Positions 49,429 to 59,656 of a stretch of DNA of 64,000 nt are shown piece after piece. This stretch comes from Candidatus Latescibacterota bacterium (GTDB lineage: Bacteria > Latescibacterota > CBDEFO01), in the NCBI GenBank assembly GCA_965248755.1, contig OZ252149.1, forward strand, positions 1,568,001-1,632,000. Reading direction: 5' to 3'. Numbering within the stretch: the first letter of the stretch is position 1; each line of letters opens with the position of its first letter. Position numbers and translations under genes: made by a program. The notes beneath the pieces were generated by a model. That model had not been told where the DNA came from. It saw only the letters and a list, made by a program, of their open reading frames with translations, and searched no databases.

Positions 49429-51192
49429 TCAACCTCTCTTTATCGCTTCCTTCACCCATTCCTCGTACTCTATATGCAATTCCTCGTCCGGCAGATGAGC
49501 TCTTTGTAGTTTGAAGTATTCGGAGGCGAGCGTTTGTTCTGCAACGTGGGTCATCTGGTAGCGTTCGCACAGGATGATATAGCGGTCAACTAGTCCGGCG
49601 CGCTTTGCTGCTTCCATTTCGCCCCCCGCAACGAGCATAGCCTTGTAAGCGGAGATCGAAGCCTTCTCGACACGCGCCCGGACGTCGTCATCGTCCGCAA
49701 GGGCCAGAGCTTGCTCAAAATAGTCGAAGATTCTTTGCGAGACCTCCGGATTCAGCCCCACCTCCTCTACTGATGGGAAGCAGTTCGGGTGAACCCCCAC
49801 TTCTTCGGCGTTGTCATGGAGCATGTTGATGTAATCTATGATCGGTTGAGCTGCGCTTTTGTAGTGCAGCTTGACAAATTCCTCTAAGATGGCTCGGTCA
49901 TCCAGATGGGGATTCCAGATTATGTGCCCGATCAGATAATTCCTAAGATCGCAAAGCTCCCCTGTTGTGCCATTATAAACCGCTTGCATGAACAAGCCCT
50001 GTGCGTTGTTGCGTAGAAAGTAGCGGACCTTCGGACCGATAGCACGCAAATTTGGGAAAGGCAGGTCGTAAGCGCGGAAATTGGTGTCGTAATTCCAGAC
50101 CCAAATGTCATTGCAGATCTTCCCCCATTCATCCGTATCCCGACAGAACGCTCGATTCTTCTCGCAGCTTGGATCATCCAACGGATGGAGGATGCAGCAC
50201 TCGATGCTGCAAAGCTGTATCTGGACGTTATGTCGCGGTCGGATAGTTTTAGGCGGTTTGCGGGTGTACCAATAAGCAATCGTGCCGACTTTGGCGTCCG
50301 CATGTGCTCTTTCTACACGCTCGGCTACGGCGTTGACGAACGTTAGCTGTGAGCCCATTGGCGTGCCTTCCCGTTGGTTGATCTCCTCACACGGGTCGCA
50401 CCGGCAGTACCAATCGCTATCCGCCTGGCTGACACTGACGTTTTTGATCTCAGGATGTTCATCCAGATGTTTAATCGCAGCGTCTGCAGCAATTTCCATG
50501 ACTTCCGCATTCGTGACACATAGTTGGGGACCGGCCCAGCTCGTGTCGGTATGGCGCTTTCCATCCACCAGTGCGTAGTACTCCGGGTGATCTGCCCCGT
50601 ATTCGGAGAAGGGCACCAGCCAATGGAAGGTGTGGTTAATAAGCGTCTGCTGCGTCTTTCCCCCCAATCGTTCATCATCTGTGACTGTGTTTACTCGCAG
50701 TCGACCCGCGAATTCTGGATGCTCTGTATTCTCGCCGTAAGCGCTCCACCGGAACGAAAAGGGTGGATTGTATTTATACGTCCCGCAGGGAATCCTGGGG
50801 GCAGATGCATCCGGGACATGCGTGTGGTCATACGTGAGGAAGCGCACATGAAAGAAATCTTCCAGGAACTGATAGACACTGTATAGCGTCCCGCGTGGCC
50901 GCCCGCCAGAAATGATAACTCGATCGTTCTCAACAACGATCTGCAGCTCTTCTTCTCCCATTGTGTCGGCTGCATCCTGACCGATGTAGACGCTATCGGA
51001 TCCCTCCTGGGCGGTCGAACGCAAGGGCAACTGTATCCCTGTGGCCCACCCGAACCACTTCTGGAACTCTTCTGCTGCATACTTTTCGGAAGGGATCGCC
51101 TCGGGGGAGACCACAATATCCCAGCCGTTCATCCGGGAGCAGTCCAATGTGCCTTCTGTTAGCTGATAAGACAGTGTTTTCGAGATTGACAT
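49429..51192 (-). CDS. DUF4838 domain protein, paralog 3
   Basis: Same motifs as paralog 1. Confidence 0.85.
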   Translation of the reverse strand: MSISKTLSYQLTEGTLDCSRMNGWDIVVSPEAIPSEKYAAEEFQKWFGWATGIQLPLRSTAQEGSDSVYIGQDAADTMGEEELQIVVENDRVIISGGRPRGTLYSVYQFLEDFFHVRFLTYDHTHVPDASAPRIPCGTYKYNPPFSFRWSAYGENTEHPEFAGRLRVNTVTDDERLGGKTQQTLINHTFHWLVPFSEYGADHPEYYALVDGKRHTDTSWAGPQLCVTNAEVMEIAADAAIKHLDEHPEIKNVSVSQADSDWYCRCDPCEEINQREGTPMGSQLTFVNAVAERVERAHADAKVGTIAYWYTRKPPKTIRPRHNVQIQLCSIECCILHPLDDPSCEKNRAFCRDTDEWGKICNDIWVWNYDTNFRAYDLPFPNLRAIGPKVRYFLRNNAQGLFMQAVYNGTTGELCDLRNYLIGHIIWNPHLDDRAILEEFVKLHYKSAAQPIIDYINMLHDNAEEVGVHPNCFPSVEEVGLNPEVSQRIFDYFEQALALADDDDVRARVEKASISAYKAMLVAGGEMEAAKRAGLVDRYIILCERYQMTHVAEQTLASEYFKLQRAHLPDEELHIEYEEWVKEAIKRG

Positions 51193-51364
51193 AGCGGGCC
51201 TCCGGTTATTTAATTGAATATGCTTACGGACTCATCATAATGAGATGTCTTTTAGAAGCTTGTTCGGATGACCTCTTGCTTATCGGTAATCTACCACGCC
51301 GGCTTGGAGTTTTCCACCACCAACTCCACCATCGCCGGACAGATCACGTTCACCTTTATGTTGA

Positions 51365-51386
51365 CCCCAAATAGATTCAATTGGGG
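51365..51386. repeat. 22-bp variant of the palindromic repeat flanked by GTTGA direct repeats
   Basis: GTTGA-CCCCAAATAGATTCAATTGGGG-GTTGA. Confidence 0.65.
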
Positions 51387-51704
51387 GTTGAACTCCTTAA
51401 TTTCCTCAAATGTGGAATCTCTGTTCTCCGTAATTATCTTACCAATTCGATGCTTCCCCCGATGCCAACTTCGAGATATTTATCCCCCTTTTCCGCAGTC
51501 ACCCTCGTAGCATCGCCTATCAAACCACCAGCGTCTGTGAACTGCAAAGGATGTTGCCCCGCCTTTTCCGTGGGGCACAGCTGAGTCAGAGCCTCCGACT
51601 AATTGTATGCGTAATCCTGCAACATCCGTCACCTGATACCAGGAACTACCTCATCAAGATCAGCTTCCTCGTCTGTACGAATATATTCGTCTCTGACCGT
51701 AAGA

Positions 51705-54032
51705 CTACCCTGTCCTGCCGAAGTTATCCAAAAAGATCACGAAGTCGGACAGACCGATCTCTTCGTTAGTATCCAAATTAAATGTGGGATCCCAATCCGG
51801 TGAATTGGTCGTCGCCCCGAACACATCTAGAAAAAGTACAAAATCGGAAAGACCTACTTCATTATCCCCGTCGAAATCTCCTACAAGTCCAGGGACACCA
51901 ACAGGGATATCAGACCTATTCAACAACACTGACACATTATCGCTGTTCCCATTAGCCACAGTTAGGTCATTATCACTATCTCCATCTAAATCTATACTAA
52001 AAAGTGAAAAGGGACTAATCTCAGTTCCATAGTTCACCTTGCCTGCAAATGTTCCATCTCCCTTATTCAGCATCACTGACACAGTATTGCTGCCGCCGTT
52101 TGCCACGGATAAGTCGTTGTCACCGTCTCCATCTAAATCTACACTGAAAACTGATCTGGGACCATCCTCGACGCCATAGTCCACTTTAGGTCCGAATGTT
52201 CCATCTCCGTTATTCATTAACACTGATACACTATTACTGGCCAGATTAGCTACAGTTAGGTCATTATCTCCATCTCCATCTAAGTCTACGCTGAAAACTG
52301 ATCTGGGACCGTTCCCAGTTCTATAGTCTACCTTGGTTACAAAAGTGCCATCTCCGTTATTCATTAACACTGATACACTATTACCACTCAGATTAGCTAC
52401 AATTAGGTCATTATAATCACCCACGTCTAAATCCGCAATGAATACTGAGATTGGACCTGTTCCAGTCCTATAGTCCACTTTAGGTGCGAATGTTCCATCT
52501 CCATTATTCAACAACACTGATACATTATCGCTGTCCACATTAGCCACAGCCAGGTCATTATCACCATCACCATCCAAATCTGCACTGAAAACTGAAAAGG
52601 GACTATCGCCAACGCCATAGTCCACTTTCAGTGCAAATGTACCATCTCCGTTATTTAACAACACTGACACATCATCGCTGTGCATGCTAACCACAGCCAG
52701 GTCACTATCTCGATCCCCATCTAAATCTGTACTGAAAACTGATCTGGGACCATCCCCGGCGCCATAGTCCATTTTAGGTGCAAATGTTGCATCTCCATTG
52801 TTCAACAGTACTGATACATTATTGCTCTGAAAATTAGCCACAGTCAGGTCATTATCTCCATCTCCATCTAAATCTGCACTGAAAACTGATCTGGGAGCAT
52901 CCCCGGCGTCATAGAGCGCCCTAGTTACAAATGTTCCATCTCCATTATTCAACAACACAGATACATTATTGCCGAAGTCATTAGCTGTAGTTAGGTCATT
53001 ATCTCCGTCTCCATCTAAATCTGCACTGTAAACTGATTTGGGGCCGTCCCCAATTATGTAGTTCACGTTGTCTGCAAATGTCCCGTCTCCGTTATTTAGC
53101 AGCACTGCCACATCATCGCTATCAAAATTAGCTACAGTCAGGTCATTATCTCCGTCTTCGTCTAAATCTGTGCTGAATACTGACACGGGACGCCTTCCGA
53201 CGTCGTATTCCACTTTAGCTGAAAATGTCCCGTCTCCATTATTCAACAACACAGATACATTATTGCCGAACTCATTAGCCACAGTCAGGTCATTATCTCC
53301 GTCTTCGTCTAAATCTATGCTGAACACTGACTGGGGACGCCTTCCGACGTCGTAGTCCACTTTGGCTGAAAATGTCCCGTCCCCATTATTCAACAACACA
53401 GATATATTATTATCGAGCCAGTTAGTTACAGCCAAGTCGCTATCTCCATCTCTATCTAAGTCTACGCCGGAAATTGATGTGGGAGTCCTCCCAGTCTCAT
53501 AGTCCACTTTAGTTCCGAATGTTCCATCTCCGTTATTCAGCAACACTGATACACTGTTGCTGCCCCCGTTTGCCACGCATAGGTCATTGTCACCGTCTCC
53601 ATCTAAATCTGCACTGAAAACTGATCTGGGACCGTTCCCAGTTCTATAGTTCAACCTGTCTGGAAATGTCCCGTTTCCATTGTTGAACAACACTGAAACA
53701 TTATCGTCATCCAAATTAGTCACAGTTAGGTCATTATCCCCATCTCCATCTAAATCCGCACTGTAAATTGAAAAGGGACCATCCCCAGAACCATAGTCGC
53801 GCCTGCCTGAAAATGTCCCATCTCCATTATTCAACAACACTGATATACCATTGGCGCCTCCAAGAGCCACGGCCAGATCGTTATCTCCATCTCCATCCAA
53901 ATCTGTGCTAAAGAGTGACGAGGGTTGCCGCCCGACTATATGGTCGGTAGGTCCGAATAGAATTTGTGCATGGACAGTCGTAGTCAAAGCGACCAGCAGT
54001 GTGAGGACAGTATAGGAAATTATATATCTCAT
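51705..54032 (-). CDS. Secreted FG-GAP/VCBS repeat protein with C-terminal dockerin-like double EF-hand
   Basis: Many DLDGDGDNDL..AN....VSVLLNNGDGTF repeats; GDFDGDNEVGLSDFV...NLDTNEEIGLSDFV. Confidence 0.88.
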   Translation of the reverse strand: MRYIISYTVLTLLVALTTTVHAQILFGPTDHIVGRQPSSLFSTDLDGDGDNDLAVALGGANGISVLLNNGDGTFSGRRDYGSGDGPFSIYSADLDGDGDNDLTVTNLDDDNVSVLFNNGNGTFPDRLNYRTGNGPRSVFSADLDGDGDNDLCVANGGSNSVSVLLNNGDGTFGTKVDYETGRTPTSISGVDLDRDGDSDLAVTNWLDNNISVLLNNGDGTFSAKVDYDVGRRPQSVFSIDLDEDGDNDLTVANEFGNNVSVLLNNGDGTFSAKVEYDVGRRPVSVFSTDLDEDGDNDLTVANFDSDDVAVLLNNGDGTFADNVNYIIGDGPKSVYSADLDGDGDNDLTTANDFGNNVSVLLNNGDGTFVTRALYDAGDAPRSVFSADLDGDGDNDLTVANFQSNNVSVLLNNGDATFAPKMDYGAGDGPRSVFSTDLDGDRDSDLAVVSMHSDDVSVLLNNGDGTFALKVDYGVGDSPFSVFSADLDGDGDNDLAVANVDSDNVSVLLNNGDGTFAPKVDYRTGTGPISVFIADLDVGDYNDLIVANLSGNSVSVLMNNGDGTFVTKVDYRTGNGPRSVFSVDLDGDGDNDLTVANLASNSVSVLMNNGDGTFGPKVDYGVEDGPRSVFSVDLDGDGDNDLSVANGGSNTVSVMLNKGDGTFAGKVNYGTEISPFSLFSIDLDGDSDNDLTVANGNSDNVSVLLNRSDIPVGVPGLVGDFDGDNEVGLSDFVLFLDVFGATTNSPDWDPTFNLDTNEEIGLSDFVIFLDNFGRTG

Positions 54033-54180
54033 TTTAAGCCCTCCCCCTTCTCTAGACATGCAGCTTCTCAACCAGTTATTTTGTTTCCGATAATTGCCAT
54101 TTTTTGTCCTGGGCTCATCTTTATACAGTAAATCAAGATTATTCATATGGTCTCTAAGCCCTTTCAGAATAATTTGTCTC

Positions 54181-54865
54181 CTAAGTGGACCAAAATTTAT
54201 ATAGCCTCAAACCTGCGGTGACCAATTCAAAATCGAGGTTGACCTGCGAACTGATAGACCAAATCCTTGACCAGAATTCCTGTCTTATAGGGGTATCAAG
54301 GAAAAGGAGGAACAAAAAGATAATGATGAAGGTAAATGATCCCATATAACGAGTAAGCTTAAGTAGTAAATTGGGTAAAATAGGTTCTATGATCCCAAAC
54401 CCGTCAAGACCAGGAATTGGGAGCAGGTTGAATAAGAGCACGGTAATTTGCAAAAAGGCAAGCAGCGATAGACCAGCCCAGAATTCAGAACGATTGGACA
54501 CATCGACACTTACCAAACCTGTGTTGAATGGTACTAACAGAACGATGGTACACATAGCTGTGGCTGTAGGACCTGTGGCTGACATCAGACTGCGCATAAA
54601 TTTACTCCTTGTTGCTTCTATGTCGATGTAAACCGCACCACCTGGTAAACCAGTGCCTCCTATTGCTAGAAACACCATGGGTAGTAAGATGCTCAACAAA
54701 CCATGAGTATATTTGAGGGGATTGAGCGTAAAGTAACCTTTATTCGCTACATCTCTATCACCTTCCTAATAGGCTACAACCGCATGTCCAATTTCGTGCA
54801 AGCACAGCGAAACGATCCAGCCACCTGTTACGAAGCAGAATACCGTTAAACTGGGGTTGTTAGAT
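54181..54865 (-). pseudogene. Site-2 protease (M50) family, in-frame stop and decayed 5' end
   Basis: LHEIGHAVVAY*EGD (TAG 54768-54766), TLNPL, FNLLPIPGLDG. Confidence 0.75.
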
Positions 54866-55438
54866 AAATTTGCACAAAAGCTCACAGAGTCTCAAATAGA
54901 CAGCCCGTCAGAAATGGTCGTCAAATAGCCTAAAATCTAGATGCATATTAGTATCATAATTGGTTCAGGTATACATAACTTCCCAATTATGGGAACTAAA
55001 ATTCAAGGGCTAAAATGTTGAGACACCAGAAGCGATCTTTCACAAGGGGTATATACGAACTTCGGATAGCGCACCGAAATGGAAAGATATGCGAAATAGT
55101 AACGATTGGAGGTGTAACCAATGAATCTAGGGGAATTGAAAGCAAGGCTGATGGGCTTGTTTAGAGCTCCTTTTCTTTTTCTCTCCATAGTTAGCTCTAA
55201 TCGGAATTATCCTATGCATGATGTAGATGCGACTGTAAAGCTTTATAGGGAGTTCGAAAGCTTCGTACGATTGATAAGCACAGAAAACTGGTGTCCAACT
55301 AGTGTCCATAGCCTGTCAAAAGTGGTATAAAATCGTAAAAACTCATAATATTATATAGAAGTAATAAAGTCAAGTAAAATAGGGTCTTATCACGTATCTT
55401 GCTATCTTACAATACGTTAGATAAAGCCCCTTAAAGTA

Positions 55439-55484
55439 ACTTGTAATGAGCAGGTCAGGGTTTCGAGTCCCTTCGCCGGCTCCA
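55439..55484 (+). other. 3' half of a tRNA-Thr(UGU): integration (att) core remnant
   Basis: CT-TGT-AA loop, TTCGAGT T-loop, GCCGGCT-CCA end; no 5' half upstream. Confidence 0.75.
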
Positions 55485-55582
55485 GATATCTTGCGTAACA
55501 TAAAGCGCTTAAAATAAGTTATTTCCAGCTAAGTGCTTTTCTTTTTGCCCTTGTGTCCAAGCAGTGTCCGCTCAGGTTGGGC

Positions 55583-55603
55583 CCCCGGTAGATTCAATCG
55601 GGG
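55583..55603. repeat. 21-bp palindromic dispersed repeat
   Basis: CCCCGGTAGATTCAATCGGGG. Confidence 0.75.
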
Positions 55604-55715
55604 GTCAACGGCGTACTTCAGTTGATTTAGGGCAAGGAGGGCTAGCCCTCCTCGGCTTTAGGTCTTCCCCGCCATTAAAACGGAAAACTGCATGGCCCAG
55701 GCACTGTCAATCAAT

Positions 55716-56046
55716 TTAACGATAAAACCAGTCGCAGTGTAAGGCGTTCAGTTCAAGATCCGTATAGCCCGGCTCCGCTTCAAGTCTTTTCAGACACCAG
55801 GATGGTCTACCGCTTTGAGAAAGAGTCCTTCGGGCGTGTCACTGGGAGGGATGTGACCTGTGCCCCCAAGAAGGGCATCTTTGTCGTTATCAAGCCGCGG
55901 GAGGCATCCGTGCAGGCCCGCTGTGTACTTGCCCACTAACCGCTCAGATGCGGCACGAAGTTCTTCCAGTTCATCCTTTGAAAAAAACTGTAGCGAATCA
56001 AGTTACCTGTCTTTGGAAGTGCAGTTTCTCCGTAGATATCAGCATG
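55716..56046 (-). pseudogene. Frameshifted PhyH-like remnant
   Basis: MLISTEKLHFQRQ (frameshift) LIRYSFFSKDELEELRAASERL. Confidence 0.4.
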
Positions 56047-56058
56047 CCTTTCTTCCCT

Positions 56059-56799
56059 TTAAGAAAGCTGGAGGAGCTCTTTCGGATCTTTTCCCGGTAT
56101 CGTGGCATCGGATCGGACAAAGTGGCATACAAACGCTCGGCGCCATTTTTGGGTATTGTTCGGGGGTGAGAAATGCAGTGTCAATGAGTGGTGGAATATG
56201 ACACCGCCCGCTTTGATAGGAACGGCAACTGTTTTGTCCCGGTCGAAGTCATCGGGCACAAGATGCGGTGTGCCCGGGATCTCTTCGTGTGCGACAAGTC
56301 CGCGCTTGTGCGAGCCGGACAGATAGTGCATACAGCCGTTTTCGGTGGTGGCATCGTCCAGGGCGCACCAGCAGGTTGTGACTGCGTCCGCGGGTTCGAC
56401 GCGAAAGTAGGCGTTGTCCTGATGTGGCATCTTCTCCGATCCCACCATGGGGGGTTTTAGCAGAGCCTGGTCCGCATAGAGGCAAATGGGGTTTCCGATG
56501 ATATCCTCTACCAGCTCTAGCAACTCCCCCTCCGTTGCGTGCTCCCTGAAGACGGGTTCATAGGGAATGAGATTGTAGAACTTCCGCACCGACTTCTTTG
56601 CCTTGGACGTCGCTATTGTCCCTTCGATCTCTGCCTCCTGCTGCATACCTACCCTTCTTGCCTCTTCGCTATCCCAGGATTCGCATAGCTCTTCGATGCG
56701 CCTGCTCATCTTGTCAATGAACTTAGCAGGGACCACATTTTCAATAGCCAAAAAGCCGTTGTCCGCATAGAACGTTTTCTGCTCAGGTGTCAACCTCAT
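56059..56799 (-). CDS. Phytanoyl-CoA dioxygenase (PhyH) family protein
   Basis: PHQD, ALDDAT.ENGC, GSHK, LHFS. Confidence 0.88.
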   Translation of the reverse strand: MRLTPEQKTFYADNGFLAIENVVPAKFIDKMSRRIEELCESWDSEEARRVGMQQEAEIEGTIATSKAKKSVRKFYNLIPYEPVFREHATEGELLELVEDIIGNPICLYADQALLKPPMVGSEKMPHQDNAYFRVEPADAVTTCWCALDDATTENGCMHYLSGSHKRGLVAHEEIPGTPHLVPDDFDRDKTVAVPIKAGGVIFHHSLTLHFSPPNNTQKWRRAFVCHFVRSDATIPGKDPKELLQLS

Positions 56800-56938
56800 G
56801 CTTTCTGCTCCTTTCGAGGGGACTCTGGAATTTCACTTAGCATTTAGTGCAATTTCACTTAGCATTTAGCGGAAAAGGAAAGTATAAGATTCCGCTTTTA
56901 GTTCGCTGATATACAAAATGGGATCTTATCACTGAATC

Positions 56939-57008
56939 AGGATTAGGTCTCAAGGATTGGGTCTCAAGGATTGGGTCTCAAGGATTAGGTCTCAAGGATT
57001 AGGTCTCA
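56939..57008. repeat. 14-bp tandem repeat x5 (AGGATTRGGTCTCA)
   Basis: Five contiguous units, no spacers. Confidence 0.9.
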
Positions 57009-57029
57009 AATCTCCTAATATCTGCCACG

Positions 57030-57283
57030 ACCCCTCCTTTGGCTACTTTTAGGTGGGCGAGCTTCGTATACTCTCCAAAGCACATCCGCTAAAATCGGTG
57101 CCGTCCAATGCCTCTTTTGCTTGTTCAGCTTACGATGAGTTGGACATCTCAACAAATCCAAAACCCTTAGCTTCGATCTATATTGACCTGTCTGACTTCA
57201 CCGTAGTTGGAAAATAACTCTTCCAACTCCTCATTAGTTACAGAATAACTAGGATTTCCTACATAGAGTGTGCTACCTTACAT
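57030..57283 (-). pseudogene. RRM RNA-binding protein pseudogene
   Basis: M*GSTLYVGNPSYSVTNEELEELFSNYGEV (frameshift) KGFGFVEM. Confidence 0.8.
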
Positions 57284-57603
57284 TTTGACCTACTTTTTCT
57301 CCAACACCTATAAATAACGAATAGTTGCACTTTTGTCAAGTATTCTTTTCATGTCCCGATATAACCTTTTTCCAATCCAGTTCCTCCCAAGACGCACAAT
57401 TAGGCTCCTCTACGTCCAATAATGACGGTTCTTTTGGAGGTAGAAGCAAGATAGTTATTCTTACCTCTCTAACGGGAACACTATTAAACACAAGAGAACC
57501 AGCATTGAAGACTTATTTCGGAAAATCTAACTGAGTTTTCTTACCATCTGCCTTCGGTATTTATCCGCCATTTCATATAACATCCTCGGTCAAAGTTTTG
57601 CTG

Positions 57604-58716
57604 TCACATCCAGTTTCGAGAGTCCGGAACAGCAACCCAGGTCGAGCCCTGGGCGATGGACTGCTGACTTGTAAGCCCAGGCAGGGTCATATCCATGGCA
57701 CAATCTATACCGATCGGCGGTTCTTTGTCCTGCTTGATGGCCATAATGAAGTCGTGCACTTCCCAGTAGTCCCCTCCACCGTGTCCCGCTTTGAGGGCGG
57801 CCTCCGGCGGTTTTCTCCAGTACTCAGGCAGAAACTCCTCTTCGAGATTCTCAAGCGGCTCCCACCGGAGTTCCTCGCTTCGGGACCTCAGCCAGATCTT
57901 GGGGATACCTTTGTAGGCATCTGAGGATTCATAAGATCCGTCCGTCCCCTGAAGCACATAATGGGCCATATTGTGGGGGCGGTCGGAGAGCATATCGACC
58001 CGGATCTGGAGTAGAGCACCACTTGATAGACGACACATCATTGTGACTGAATCCTCTGTCTCGTAGCGATCTCCTCTCGGGTCCTTGTAGTGATGTCCTG
58101 TCCCCATGGCACAGACGGATACAACGCGCTGACCCTCGAACCACTGCAGCACCGGGCCCAGACTGTGGGTGCCATAGGTGCAGCCGTTTACGCCGGTCTG
58201 CCATCGGCGTCTCCAGGGGGTCTTCTCGTTTTGAGCCTTCAACTCGTGGATGTAGGCGCCTTCTGCGTAGTAGATATCACCTAACAGTCCTCTTTGCACC
58301 AGCTCTCTCACCAGGATATTGGGCTTCATATAGGTATAGTTCTCCGCCATCATATACCTCGCCTTGCTCTGTCTGGATGCTCGCACAAGGTCACGACACT
58401 CCTCTATTGATATCCCTGCGGGTACCTCGCTGATAACGTGCAGATCTCGCTCCAACGCCATAATCGACTGCGGCACATGGAAGTGCATGGGCGTCCCCAC
58501 AACCACAGCGTCGATCTTTCCCGAATCGAGCATATCTTCTGCGTCTGTGAACACGTGCTCTACGCCGATCTCTTCGGAAATTTGTCTCACCTTATCCTCT
58601 TGGATATCGCAAAGAGCGACAACTACAGCTTCAGGGTGCAATTGGAGGACTCTGGTAAAACCGTCCCCCCTGCCGGCAGCACCGATGATTCCGAACCGAA
58701 TCGTATCATCTTGCAC
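57604..58716 (-). CDS. Gfo/Idh/MocA family oxidoreductase
   Basis: GIIGAAG, SEVPA, MAEN, YGTH, GHGGGD. Confidence 0.88.
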   Translation of the reverse strand: MQDDTIRFGIIGAAGRGDGFTRVLQLHPEAVVVALCDIQEDKVRQISEEIGVEHVFTDAEDMLDSGKIDAVVVGTPMHFHVPQSIMALERDLHVISEVPAGISIEECRDLVRASRQSKARYMMAENYTYMKPNILVRELVQRGLLGDIYYAEGAYIHELKAQNEKTPWRRRWQTGVNGCTYGTHSLGPVLQWFEGQRVVSVCAMGTGHHYKDPRGDRYETEDSVTMMCRLSSGALLQIRVDMLSDRPHNMAHYVLQGTDGSYESSDAYKGIPKIWLRSRSEELRWEPLENLEEEFLPEYWRKPPEAALKAGHGGGDYWEVHDFIMAIKQDKEPPIGIDCAMDMTLPGLTSQQSIAQGSTWVAVPDSRNWM

Positions 58717-58769
58717 AATTAACCTCCCTGTTTAGCAGTAGATAGGAACAATCCTCTTTCCCCATCTAT

Positions 58770-58790
58770 CCCCGATTGAGTCTGTCGGGG
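58770..58790. repeat. 21-bp palindromic dispersed repeat
   Basis: CCCCGATTGAGTCTGTCGGGG. Confidence 0.7.
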
Positions 58791-58816
58791 TTCGGAGGGA
58801 CACTAACTACTCGAAT

Positions 58817-59656
58817 TCACAGTCCCAATCCGTAAAGAACAATGCCCACGCCTAATCCGAACACTGTGCTGAACAACTTGATTAAGACTGCATCCTTCAA
58901 AGAGTGGGCCAAAAGGGGTAGCAGCGCATGTCCGTCCTGCACAAAGGAGCTAACAAAGAGCACAGAGAAGGGGACCACACCTTCTGCAAAGAGCATCACG
59001 AAGATCAGATGGGACCCCGATTGCGGGATTACTGCAATAAGTCCAGATAGTAACAGCACCAACATCATATGGTTCGTGACGAAGTCTCTCATATCCCAGT
59101 ATTCCAGACCGATGTGCACTAAGACTAATGCAGAAGATGTCCAGAGAAATACCTTCCACAGGTGTGTGCGCACGATGTGGATCCAAACATGAAGCCTTAT
59201 GTAGTGTCCGCCCGTCTCTTCTCCTTCATGATAGGCGTCCAACTGGCAGTCTTCGCTTACCCTAATATGAAGACGCGGTACGATCCGGTCTGTCAGCCAC
59301 CCGAACAATACACCTGCTACAAACAGGACAACAAATAGCAGAACTGCCTTACGGGGGAACATCGCCAGCATCACAAAGGCCTCATCTCCCGAGGTAGCGA
59401 TCATCCCGCCTACGATCGCCCCGAAGGTGAGTCCTCCGTGCACATATAGCGAGACATTGGTAAACGCCCCAAAACAGCCCGGTGTGGCCCCAACAAATGA
59501 GGCGATTATGTACTGGCGCCCTCTGCCTCCTTGAATAACGGCCTTAATCCGTCCCTTTGTGGCCACGTTTACTATGTCCAGGGCTACCATCATTCCGAAG
59601 ACCAGACTCGTAATCTCCAGTGCCTCTATTAGAACTTCTATAACCCAAGACTCCAT
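58817..59656 (-). CDS. Putative manganese/metal transporter (DUF2899-like permease)
   Basis: GATPGCFG, ATSGDEAF, IPQSG, QDGH; multiple TM helices. Confidence 0.75.
   Translation of the reverse strand: MESWVIEVLIEALEITSLVFGMMVALDIVNVATKGRIKAVIQGGRGRQYIIASFVGATPGCFGAFTNVSLYVHGGLTFGAIVGGMIATSGDEAFVMLAMFPRKAVLLFVVLFVAGVLFGWLTDRIVPRLHIRVSEDCQLDAYHEGEETGGHYIRLHVWIHIVRTHLWKVFLWTSSALVLVHIGLEYWDMRDFVTNHMMLVLLLSGLIAVIPQSGSHLIFVMLFAEGVVPFSVLFVSSFVQDGHALLPLLAHSLKDAVLIKLFSTVFGLGVGIVLYGLGL

Noticed and set aside
44248..54032. Diversity-generating retroelement among paralogs or repeats
   Set aside because: No reverse transcriptase gene, and differences are not adenine-specific
54766..54768. Stop-codon recoding (TAG here, TGA at 62463-62465)
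   Set aside because: Both are one change from TGG, both genes have further lesions, and intact genes use these codons as stops
55400..55484. Functional tRNA gene
   Set aside because: No 5' acceptor strand or D-arm, and the T-stem closing pair is mismatched
56939..57008. Possible mini CRISPR or cloning scar
   Set aside because: Contiguous 14-bp units without spacers; no vector sequence
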